Shown: piece after piece, positions 13,263-24,099 of the stretch
How positions within the stretch are numbered: the first letter of the stretch is position 1
Layout: the number at the start of each line of letters is the position of its first letter
Assembly: GCA_050084985.1 (NCBI GenBank)
Contig: JBITNC010000001.1
Location: 163,680,001-163,744,000 of the forward strand
Direction: 5' to 3'
DNA: 64,000 nucleotides
DNA from: Nageia nagi
Lineage: Eukaryota > Plantae > Pinophyta
Notes under the pieces: generated by a model
What the model saw: the letters and a program-made list of their open reading frames with translations, nothing else
Databases searched by the model: none
What the model was told of the DNA's origin: nothing
Program-made: the position numbers and the translations under genes

Positions 13263-14200
13263 TGGCGCATGGTTCAAAAAGACAAAATATTGTCTTCTAA
13301 AATCATGCGAATGGGCCTGGAGGCTGTCCAAACTGGAAGAGAGACTCAAAAATGCAATCTGGGGCACTTGCAAGCCCAGTGCATCCCTCCAGGAGACAAA
13401 ATCTTGTCTTCCTAGGCATGCGCCAAGCACAGGAAGCAAGCTGGAATGAAATGGAGCACGAAAAGTCTAAGGCAAGGGCATAACAAGGATGGTGCATGGA
13501 TTCCAAAGACAAAATCTTGTCTTTTTGAACCATGCGACCTGACCAGGGGAGGAATTGATCAAGTTTGGGAGTCGAGAAGTGAACCTCAGGCACTCGGGAG
13601 GCTGGTGTATGCCTCAAAAGGACAAAATCTTGTTTTTTTGAACCATGTGCCAAGCCTGAAAGGGATTCCAATTCGAGCGGCAAGGAAAAATTCGACAAGT
13701 CATGGACCTAGAAACCTCAAGATCAACTCAAGTGCACCTAGGGGGCCTAGCGCATGATCTCAAAAGACATTCTTGACTTTTTGAGGCATGCGCCAAGCCC
13801 AGGAAGCCTCCAAGATCCAGGACACATTAAAAAATTTGGCAAAGGCATGAACACTTAAGCATCAAATCATGAAGGTTAGGCAATCTGGAGGGTGGCGCAT
13901 GATTCAAAAAGACAAAATTTTGTCTTTTTGAACCATGCAACCAGGCTGGACAGGCAAGCAAGGTTGGCGCATGCCTCCAAAAGTCACAAAATTTGACTTT
14001 TGGAACCATACGCCAAGCTTACAGGCTTCCCAGGTTGAGATGAAAGATCAAAATCATCAAGTCCAACCGACAGGAAGACCAAAAATCAAGATAAATCAGG
14101 TTAATGAGTGAGCCAATCCAATGTTGGGAGCATGCCCACCCCCAAGGCTAGCGCATGATTTAAAAAGTCACAATTTTGTCTTTTTTTGTCATGCACCAAG
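13263..14200. repeat. Array of eight ~45-50-bp palindromes with dissimilar spacers, copy 1
   Basis: Consensus GCGCATG(GT/CC)TCAAAAAGACAAAAT(C)TTGTCTTTTTGAACCATGCGCC at ~13263, 13379, 13491, 13604, 13749, 13893, 13965 and 14150. The unit at 13897-13938 is a 42-bp palindrome with one mismatch. Confidence 0.9.
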
Positions 14201-14354
14201 CCAATTTGAGCTCCAAAACCCCAACGTTTGGGCACAAGCAGCTTTTCATCTAATTTTTGGGTTGGCACACATCTCTAGATCGAACAAATGGAGGTCTAAG
14301 ATGATCTTTGCCAGTAACCCTAGCCGACTAGGGAAAGCTAGGAGCCAGTTGGGC

Positions 14355-14362
14355 TATAAATA
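14355..14362 (+). promoter_or_regulatory. Putative TATA box upstream of the embedded ORF
   Basis: GGCTATAAATATAAG about 230 bp upstream of the ATG at 14585. Identical at 32915. Confidence 0.6.
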
Positions 14363-14584
14363 TAAGCCTGGGGACCTCATTTTCTCAAATCCAGAATTTG
14401 CTCCTCTTCCACTTTTGCGCGAGAATAGCAGCAAATTGCAAATTTTTGCGCTCAAACTTCATCATTCGTGCATCCTAAGGCTTGCGCAAGCACTTGGGAG
14501 GCAAGCTACTCCAACGTGGGGTGTCTTCTCCACCTGGAAACCCATGCACTACCCTTGAGGAGCAACGTTGCAAGCTAGAACATC

Positions 14585-17500
14585 ATGACTTCCTCCAAGG
14601 GAAACTCGGCTTCAGACTTCTCAAGGGACCTTGAAACGTTGAGACACGATTGTATCATCACCATTTGTGAGAGGCAAGACCCCTTGCCCCAAGGGGCTAA
14701 GTTCTCCAAGAATGGATTGGCCACTATCGGAGACACAAACTAGTAGAAGGTGGATCCAATGCCGATGAGGGAGAAGATTAGGAACAAGTCAATCAGTGAG
14801 TTGAAACAAGACATTGTCTTCACCTTTGTCCCATTCACTGCTCCGTTCCCAAAGTTGTTCTTGGAGATTGGCTAGTATTGGAAGAAGGGTGACAAAGCGC
14901 TCCGTGACATCAAAGGCAATATCATCATGGACTTCAGCCCCAAAGCCATCAAGATAGCATTTCAGTGGACTTCGAAGGGCAACTTTGAGTATACGAAGGA
15001 AGAGTCGTTGGCATGCTATCAAGACACAAATAGGGAAGCCGTGGCAATCAAGAGTTGGATGCTAGATGAACACCATAGCCTAAAAAGCAACACACTCATC
15101 AATGCTCCTCCCTATCACTTCTATCCGTCCGTGGAATTAATGATCCTCATGTTGTCAAGGATTCTCAGGAAGGAGGATGCGTCCAAATTCCGGAAGAAGT
15201 TCGACTTCATCGTAGAGATAGCTAGAGGGAAGAAGATCAAGTGGAGTAAGGTGTTGAGTGATAGCATCATGGACCAGTTGTCATCAGTGGAAACTACACG
15301 CAAGTTCTACCTCAACTCTTATTTGGTGTACCTGCTACTTCACGGCAAGCAAGGACCTACAACTTTAGGGGAGGCAAACTTGATTGAGAAAGGAATATAT
15401 ACCATATGGAAATGCTACCCTAAGTGGAGGATTGAGAGGAGATGGGAGAACTTCATGATGAAGAGTGATGGATGGGAATATAAGATTTGCAAGGAATTTA
15501 AGGGAGAAATCACCGTTGCTAGGATCTCATTCAGTCGAGGATGCATTGAGGAAGCATGGAGACTTCTTCGTCCATCACCAACATTACTCCTACATTCGCC
15601 TCTATGGATCATCTGTGGAGCCATATCAACTGCCCCGGTATGTGAGCAACAAGATGCTCCTAATGGAGATGACTAGGTAATTGACCTACCTGCATGAGCA
15701 TGTTTGGCAAAAGAAGTCAACCACTTCCAATTTGCCGATCATAGTGAGAGAGTATCAGTGCAGAGCATAGGTAGACGTGAATTCCATGATAGAAGAGTTG
15801 GGAAGGTACAACTTCAAGAAAATGCTAGCTACCACCCATTATGATCCTGAGCATTGAATCCACAACTTCTACATGAAGGAAAGGAAGAGGACCTATGAGC
15901 ATAGGCCATTTAGAGATGAGGAGTCATTTCGAAACGTCAGCACTAAAGTGGAAGTGAAAAATATTCGTGCCAAGATGCAAGAAGAGGCTCAGAAGCAACA
16001 ATAGGAAGTGGAGGCATCTATTGATAAGAAGTTGTCTCAATCTCGAGGAAAGAAGCCACAAGAATCCACCTCTAGAGTCACTCACTTTCCACTAAGAATT
16101 GAGGAGCCCATTGGACAATATGCATCCATGCACAGGAAGAATCCAGTTGAATAGGTAGTGTAGCAGGTTAGAGATACAGTTGATGAACATGATGTGAGGG
16201 AATTAGAGCATGTGGTGACTAACAACGTGGTGAGATGTGTGATGAACAGAAAAGCAGGTTCGTCACCACCCCAAAGGCCACCAAGAACAGTAGTGTCACG
16301 TCCATCTCAAACCATCCCACTGTCAGGATCATAATCTTCAGGCCACTTGTACAAACCTAATAACACCCTTGAAAGAGAACAAGAAGGTGAGCAGGAAGAC
16401 AATGATCATCAGAGCATGCTTGCAGAATATGAGAGCATACTTGAAGATGAATCCGATGAAGAATCAGAGGATGGGCACGCAGCTAGTACTGTTCCCGGAG
16501 ACAATATTCAAGATGCCCAAGACGAAGAGCCGTCTCTTGATATATTGAAGGAGGTCCACAACCATGACATTTCAGAGCCTTCAACATCTCGAGGGAAAAA
16601 CAAAGATCCAACTTGAGTCAGTACCAAGGAGAGTGCAATTGAAGAGGGGATCTCAGTCCAGATTGTCGGTGATATCCGACAACATTGTAGAACTAGGAGG
16701 GAGACCCTCCAAGAGACTCAAGGAAAATGCCATTGTTGTTGCCGAAGCAGTAGTAGAAACCCATCAACCTTCGCCTAATCATGAGTGGGGTGTGGATATG
16801 GACAAGTGCCTCGACGTCTTTAACATGGATGTTGGAGAGGAGTTCAGAGCTAAAGGAGCTGACGATCAGATTGGGGAGGGTTCTACTCGTTTGGGGAGGA
16901 GTCAAACTTATGTACACATGATTGATAATGCAGTTTGCATTAAGACTATAGTGGCTAACAAGGATAACCCCCAGTGCCCCGGGGACTTAAAGCAAATCAA
17001 TCAGATCATTCACACAGGCCCCAATGGCATGGTCGGCGAAAAACACGCGATCATCTTGAACACCAAGGCAATCACCAAGTATGGGCTACTAAAGGAAAAA
17101 GAGATAAAGAGCTTGAAGAAGGAGTTAGCTCCTCAAAAGAGACTGACTCATGAGCTTGAGTCATCCAAGGTGCCTACAGAAGAACTTAGGAAGGTGAGAC
17201 CCCTCAAAGAAGGCATGGTGACAGTAAAACAGGAAGTGATGGACGATGTCTTAGCAGTATTGAGAAAATTTGTTGAGGCCCTTCACAAGATCTCAGTCAA
17301 GGAAGATAAGTTGAAGTATATTGTCATCGAAAGGGTTCGATTGCACAGGATTTGAGACTCTCGTAAACCCATGATACTGAGATTTGAGGCAACATAGGCT
17401 CAGAGGCCCAAGGATACTAAGTTTTGTGAGGATTATTGGTTCTATTGGGGCGTAAATAGTCAAGTGCTCACCCGCTTCCAAGAAACCAAGAAGGAGGTGA

Positions 17501-17862
17501 CCATGATCAATGATAGAGCCCATTCATGTATCAAGCATATGGACTTTCAGGTGCAGTTCTTGGAAGAGAACACCACCATTCGAGAGGTCGATGAGGTAGT
17601 GGTAGATGTTAGACACCTTCTTCACAGCCTGATGATGATAGAGGACATCAATTCTTATCAATCGGGGAGTCATTTGAGGCATATGATACAAGCTCATGCG
17701 TGGAAGGTTGAGATGCAAAAGCTGATGGACGAGGTCGAGGGCAGCGTTGCTATTAGCAGGCTGAAGTTCTCGAAGATGTTGCGCAGAGTGGAGCTTACGG
17801 TGAGATTCCTAACTGACAACTTCAAGCATTGAGTTGCAGGCTTGGGCCCACCATTGGCCTAA
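14585..17862 (+). pseudogene. Decayed ~1,090-codon retrotransposon accessory ORF of unknown function, copy 1
   Basis: MTSSKGNSAS...IGDTN**KVD is in frame with ORF 14927. It continues through ORFs 15465, 16347 (acidic), 16564 and 17464 (coiled-coil-like) with stops and frameshifts. No gag/pol motifs. Confidence 0.75.
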
Positions 17863-20349
17863 TTGTTATTTTGGATTAGTTTAGTTTATTTTCATAAAAA
17901 GTTTTATTTTCCAGCTAGACATTTTTAATAATATTTTATTCCCAAACTTGTGAAGGATGAGGATTTGTTTGGAAAAAACTTTGTAACGCCATGTGGCATA
18001 TTTTTGTTGGACCATATGTTATTTCTTGATACTTGTGCTTAGGGTTAGGGCAACATTGTTGGTCGCTCCTAAAACTACAAATACCCCATTTTGATTCATT
18101 TGTAGGGGATTAGACATTTTGCAAATTGAGCTACTTACACAATATTTTCAAACTTGCAAGTTTCCCTATTTTGTAATTGTGATATAATTTCAAGTAATTG
18201 AAATGAGCATATTTTCATTCGGAACTATGGATGTGAATGTGCGTTACATCTTTATGCTATCTTGAATGTTTGGAGCATTTTGTAAATCTTGTTAAGGTGG
18301 ACAAAAGAGTGCCTAAAAATCTTTTGAAATATTTCAAGTAGTGTATGGTTGTGACGTTTCATAGTTTGCACATTGGACTAGTATGTTTTAAGATGACTTG
18401 TATATGTTGTTTAATATAGGAACTTCACTCCCCGTTTGAGTTCCACCCACGTCATATCTTCCCTTTCCATTGCCTTAACGCCAAGCTCCCCTTGTTAGGA
18501 CACTCGTGTTGTTGCCTTCCAAGTTGGAATCGGAGTGCGTGGAACCTAGGCCAAACCCCTACGAGTCTATTCTTGGAGTCCCATACTAGTCAATGAGAAT
18601 ATCGCCCCTTGAGCTGAACTCATATATCACCATCTTCTCACAACCTCTTTTCTTTATTTTTTTTTATTTCTTTTGAGCAGCTTTTGCAACGAATCTTTTC
18701 CTTTTTCTTGAGAAACAACTATTTCTGGATCAGGGACCCTTCGAGTCTTTGGTTAACAAATGTTATTTGCGTTGGTAACAGCTTTAAGCATCTCCACCAA
18801 ATCACCTAAGTGATCCCTTGCACCCTTCACTTTCAAACCTTTGGGGTAAACAGTCCTCGCAGCGGGTAGGGGTCACGCCCTACCACTCAGGTGTTGGAGT
18901 CTCTCCACAAGCCTTGTAATATCATTTGCCGATCAGCAAGGTAGGAAAGAAAAAGCCCCCAACACATTGTACTTGAGCTATCATTGATATATATTGCCAC
19001 TTGGTGTTTGGATCTCTCAGTTTGGCTTGTGGCGTTGCATTTTTCTGTTTTACTTCAGATCTGATCTTGATAATTAATTGTTGCACAAGTCATCAATGTT
19101 TTTGGCTCATTATTTAGAACAGAAATAATTTGGGAACATCACACACATCTACCAATTTGTCCACTAGGTGTTACAGTTGGCCTTACCATCCACAAATAAC
19201 AAGAAATGAAAACTGATGACATATATAAGTTTCTTCATAACGCACCTTTATTAGCAATGATATGTACAAAGGTGATGTCAAAACAAAGTTCTATTGTCGC
19301 TAACATGATAGGCAGGGTTGAAAGAACTGATTCTCTAAGTAAATATCATAGTGTGTCTAGAAAAAATATGTCCAAGGATTAGTGAATTTTTAATCAACTA
19401 ACGATTCAGGAATATGTAGAATGAGAGAAGGCAGTGCTGGCTACCTTGAATTGAGAACAATTACCTGGTGTGGATGGTATAGAACAAATTCAAGGGTCGA
19501 AATTACCAAATATGTATGTTAGTCCATCAAGAAACAGACACCAATAACAACAGTTGCTTGTTCATTTCCAACAATTATCCAATATCGATTACATAATGAT
19601 GCTTCCAGGATAAAGGTTTTCTGCTTGTAGTAAGATAATAAATATGTTGTCTTTTTTGTAACTTGCCACTGAAGATGATTAAGGTAAGACAAGTAATCTG
19701 TAGTCTTTGTTGTAGCTTGACACTGAAAATAATTAAAGAATACAAATTATTCCCATACATAGTTGCCATTGTTTTGGTGTAGATGTTGAGAGAGTGAACG
19801 ACCACGAGATTGTACATGAACCTAAACGTCCTTTCTTCCCAAGAAGTAACGACAAAAATAGTTAGAAGTTAGAAGATATTTGCTGTCCAGATTGTAACTG
19901 TTAGGAGCTTAACATTAATGAAAGTATTGTTGTGAGTTTGAAGACCAGATAGGACTAAACATCAACACATGAACATGCAGCTACTTATGCATGGAAACTA
20001 GAACCTCATGCATTCATATTTAACCTGTTTCACCCTTTTCTATGCCAAGGATCCCATGACAACATCCATGCTGATTGGAAAATGCCTTTCAATTCAGTAG
20101 AGTACAGAGGCATAAAGGTCACATAGCAGAAAATTAGTTTGACGAGATCAAACTTCCCCTGATAAATATATGTCTCTTGAGCATATAGAATATGGTGTAT
20201 ATAAATAACATAGATTTTCTGTAACAGGCAAAATAAACCTTCAAAAATTGGTTGAAGAATTCAATGCATGAGTTGCCAATATGTTCACTGATTGAAACTT
20301 GACTTACTAATCAAACAAAATTAAAAAGGTTATATTAAAATGAACTGAC

Positions 20350-20415
20350 CACTGTCCATGCTCTGCTGGAGACTTCTTGCTCTAAAACGCCTTTTCTCCT
20401 CTTCTTTCTGCAGGA
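20350..20415 (-). CDS. NDUFAF2: NDUFA12-family complex I assembly factor exon, (I)LQKEEEKRRFRARSLQQSMDS
   Basis: ttcAG|TCCTGCAG...AGTG|GTcag. 66 nt; phase 1 matches the preceding exon. Gives NAAILQKEEE, like the NVALLKKEEE I recall from plant B17.2L proteins. Confidence 0.8.
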
Positions 20416-20946
20416 CTGAACTACCAAGGAGACCAATATTAGTACAAGGAGCATAGGGAAACATGGTTTTGTGATTTTACATATTTAACCACTCACATTC
20501 GTTACATAGGCAAAAAGCAGCAATAATAAATATTTAATATATATTCCATGTCCATGGAAACATCATTTAGACATTTGATCGTAATGAAAGATGCATCAAC
20601 CTGAAACACAGAATTTTGATGGAACTAGACAATTGATGAAGTAAAGATTTTCAGGTGACTATTGGTTGAAAATTTCTTTATCTCATGTAAACAGAGGTGA
20701 CACAGTAAAATGGGAATGCCATGGAGTTTTTCTAATGGAATTTTGAGTCTCATATATGTAAAGCCCAAGAAAAAGGTCCCACTTCAGGATAAAATACTTT
20801 AGATTGAAAAATACCAATGAGATCATTACAGGTATAGTCAGGAAAGGGAAGACAAAAGGATATATCCATGGAAAAGCAAATACAAAAGCAACACTTGAAC
20901 TGCCCCATCATAAGGTTAACTAACAATGTCAATGATAATTATAATT

Positions 20947-23806
20947 TGTCAGGCTGGGTACGGGATGTATGAAAGATCAAAATTGTATTGTAAAACTCCA
21001 AAGAATACATTACATCACACTTGAATAAATGATCCTAAAACGTGACTCTTCACCTTCTAAGGTGACTCTTGAGCTATTTTAGACTATTAACCTACCTAAT
21101 AGTAATACATTACATTAAACCATAATCCCTTAAAATTAGATGTTCAACATTCCCCCATTTAATCCAAAGGGATAAAAGAGACTAAAAAACAATGCCTTAA
21201 GGTGTATACAACATTACCCTACTTAATCCGAAGGGGTAAAAAGATGTCAAACATGCATTACAATAAATCTTGTGAGACATGTATGTGATTTTGGATGCTA
21301 TTTTGCATATGTGGAAGCTCTATCGCGATCCACAATCACTGACATAGGTTGTATATCTGGCATAGGTGCTATGAACATGGCAATGGCATACTTGAATGTA
21401 ATGTCCCTTTTGTGAATATTCTATTTATTTACCTATTTGAGGATAGAGTTCGCCACAGGTCTTGGAGAGTTGATTTGATTTGTTCTTTGGATAGGGCATC
21501 TTGGGGAAACATTTTGATTGGTTACACCACATGGTTCAATCAAGAAACGAAAGAGTTATGGCCTCTTGAAGTTCGCAAGTTGGACAAGTCTTTCATATCA
21601 TGGCTGCTCACGGAAATCCAAAAAATCTCTATATTGACCCCTTGAGATGTGATGTCCCACTCCTTGAGATAAGAATTAATTATGGATTATATTTAGAAGT
21701 GAGTTTGGTAATTAATAATAGATTTACTATGTTTTATGGGGGCCACTTGTATGAATTGTAATACATGATTCCAAGGCAATTAATAATTGTAAATGTAATA
21801 TTAGTCTCCAATAATGAGGCGTTGCATATTTAGCCATTGGATCTTGTAATTATTGGCATCTAACCCCACGTTTGGGCATTTGAGGGCCTCCTAACATTGG
21901 ACTTGGGGGTTAGAGTGATGATTTCTAGGTGATATCCAGATCTAGGAATTGTTATATAAAGAAGGTTAGCCTCATTGTTGGATAGACTTGATTATTATTA
22001 TCTTTGATACCGTGTAGAGAACAAGAGACTTAGCGCAGTGCCAAGCAAACCCCTAGGTGCAGCATCTAGGAGGATTAGCAGGCTGAGAGATCTTGTTAGT
22101 CTACGGCTTTGGTGTAGCACCCTAGCCCATCCGGTAGTATTCCAAGGTTGACCTTCTACCTTCAGTGGTTTCCAAGATTTGAGAAGGGCTCCTTTGGTGG
22201 AGAGGATTCAGGTTTTGAGGGAGCAAGATTGTCCCGTTCACCATTCACCCGTCCAGCAGTGAGAGACATCAGTTGTGCCCTAGTTGGCTCCTTGGAGGCC
22301 AACGTACAGCATTGGGGGCTCGGTATTGTATTATTGCTCATTGCTTATCATTTATACATCCGTTGGGCATTGGATCGCCACATTTGTCTTGTGTATAAGC
22401 CAAACATTGGCATTGTGAGCTTCTAATAATTGATATTTGCTAGTCTTGGCCAAACATTGGCAATCTTGTGTAGTTTATGCTTAATTTGGATGCCCTTGTT
22501 CAAACGTTGGAGCATACTTGTGTATTTTAAGCATTTTACACTTGATTTTGTAATTGGATCTTTACATTGAACGATGCTCAACTTTGATCAATGTCTGAAT
22601 TACCAGCACTAAATTTCTAATGATCAGGCTAACCAAATTTAAATCTTAATTCTTTTCTCCATTTGTCTTAGGACTTTAAAAATTGAATTGTGCTACCATA
22701 AATTATCATTTTTTTTTAAATACCTTGTTCTAGGAAATAGCCGACAATTTTTTTCAAGAAACACAAGCATTCAAATCAGAATGCACGCATTCACAGCGGA
22801 ATGCGAAGATCAAAGCAGAAAGCGTGCCAGCAGACTAGTCAATGGCATTGAAGTTAGCAATTGCAACGGTGTAGAACAAGGCACAAAACAGCGCACACAA
22901 GAATCTCAGTGATGTTAGCGCCAACAGAAGAAATTGCACATAGGGACTGCATCGAATGTATTTCTTCTACTCAATATTCTCACGATGGACCAGGACAAAC
23001 AGGAGACTAAACAGTTCGAACATCCAAGACAAACACAAACAATTGAAAAATGGAGAAATGAGCAGCACGAACCTTCCATGCAAGAACACAACAAACTAAG
23101 CACAATCTTTTGTAGGGAGGTGCAACACACAGAATATGAGTTGAGCAGACCGATACCACCACTCTTTCATGATGCACAAGCCAAATGCATATGTCCACAT
23201 ATAGTTTACACAGTGAAGATGCAAGCATTTAAAAGAGGATGTGGGGCTCAGAAGAGGAGGTGGGCATTCAAAAAAGGACACAAGCGTTCAGAAGAGACAC
23301 ACAACTATCAAAAACAGAGAAATCAGGTTTTAGGAAAGGAGCCTAGATGGGGAGTGACAGCCAATGGACACCAATGGTGCAAAACAAATAATACAATTTG
23401 ATCATTTTCATGAAGCTAGATGAGGGTTGTAGGAGCATGAAAGGCTCTAATACATACCTCGAAAATGCGGTTGATGCTATAGGAGCAGGAGGTCTACCAA
23501 AGGTGCCTACTACCATCACGATTTTCTACAACTATTCTCAACCTACAAATGTGATAGGTTGTTCATAGACAACAACCGTCTATATCTAGGCTCTGATACC
23601 ACTGTCAGGCTAGGTATTGGGCTATATGAATCATCAAAATTGTATTGTAGAACTCCAAAGAATACATTACATCACACTTGAATAAATAACCCTAAAACAT
23701 GACTCTTCACCTTCTAAGGTGACTCCTGAATTCTTTTAGACTATTAAGCCACCTAAGACTAATACATTACATTAAACCATAATCCCTTAGGATTAGGTGT
23801 CCAACA
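20947..23806 (-). mobile_element. Non-autonomous LTR retroelement with ~203-bp LTRs (TRIM-like or Copia-derived)
   Basis: LTRs 20947-21149 and 23603-23806 (TG...CA). Perfect TSD TAATT. Minus-strand PBS TGGTATCAGAGC at 23601-23590 and PPT (TTCCCCC on +) at 21150. No recognisable pol. Confidence 0.92.
21648..22566 (+). mobile_element. Gypsy-type solo LTR nested in the short-LTR element; 3' end uncertain
   Basis: Starts TGTGATGTCCC. Contains the shared core CCTAG.CCATCCGGT.GTATTCC.AGGTTGA.CTTCTACCTTCAGTGG. Similar to 55990-57120. No clean TSD. Confidence 0.75.
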
Positions 23807-24099
23807 TAATTATAATTACAATAAACGTTGTTCTTTAGCCACCGAGGAGACTTTTATATTGCCAATAAGCATGATGCACCAAGAAGTCGTACATCTCAAC
23901 AGGCCAATTAACATTGTATTTATCAATGTAAATGACAAAGAAAGACAAATATAGTATTATTATCAGTGAACCCTCATGAAACACATTCCCTACAAGACCA
24001 AGCAACTACATTGATTTAGCCATGCTGGTTCTCTACAAGTATAATGTGTCAAAATCATTCAACTCATTGTAATCAACCAAGTGATTGCTAGACCAAAAT

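Larger units (their letters stand above)
12957..18964 (+). mobile_element. ~6.0-kb TG...CA unit (giant solo LTR or LTR-derived element) with palindrome array and embedded ORF, copy 1
   Basis: TGTTGCG...CCCCCAACA. TSD CATTT (12952-12956) / CATTG (18965-18969). Colinear end to end with 31494-39265. No internal LTR pair, PBS, gag or pol seen. Confidence 0.88.
12480..19143 (+). mobile_element. Old LTR (~12480-12956 plus 18970-19143) hosting the 12957-18964 insertion
   Basis: Ends GGGAACATCACA at 19143, an LTR-type terminus. The 5' boundary is unresolved. Confidence 0.45.

Noticed and set aside
13263-14200. CRISPR array
   Set aside because: Repeats are degenerate, spacer lengths vary widely, there are no cas genes, and the array lies inside a plant LTR-type element.
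2239-19143. One LTR spanning TGTAATGTCCCC to GGGAACATCACA
   Set aside because: The termini are compatible but the flanks GAAAG and CACAT are not a TSD. Treated as separate pieces.
19144-20349. Next downstream exon of the NDUFAF2-like gene
   Set aside because: The candidate acceptors I checked gave no plausible continuation. Only a short ~54-bp duplication (~19630-19740) was seen.
22934-23401. 155-aa ORF
   Set aside because: Antisense to a non-autonomous LTR element, TTG start, no recognisable motif.
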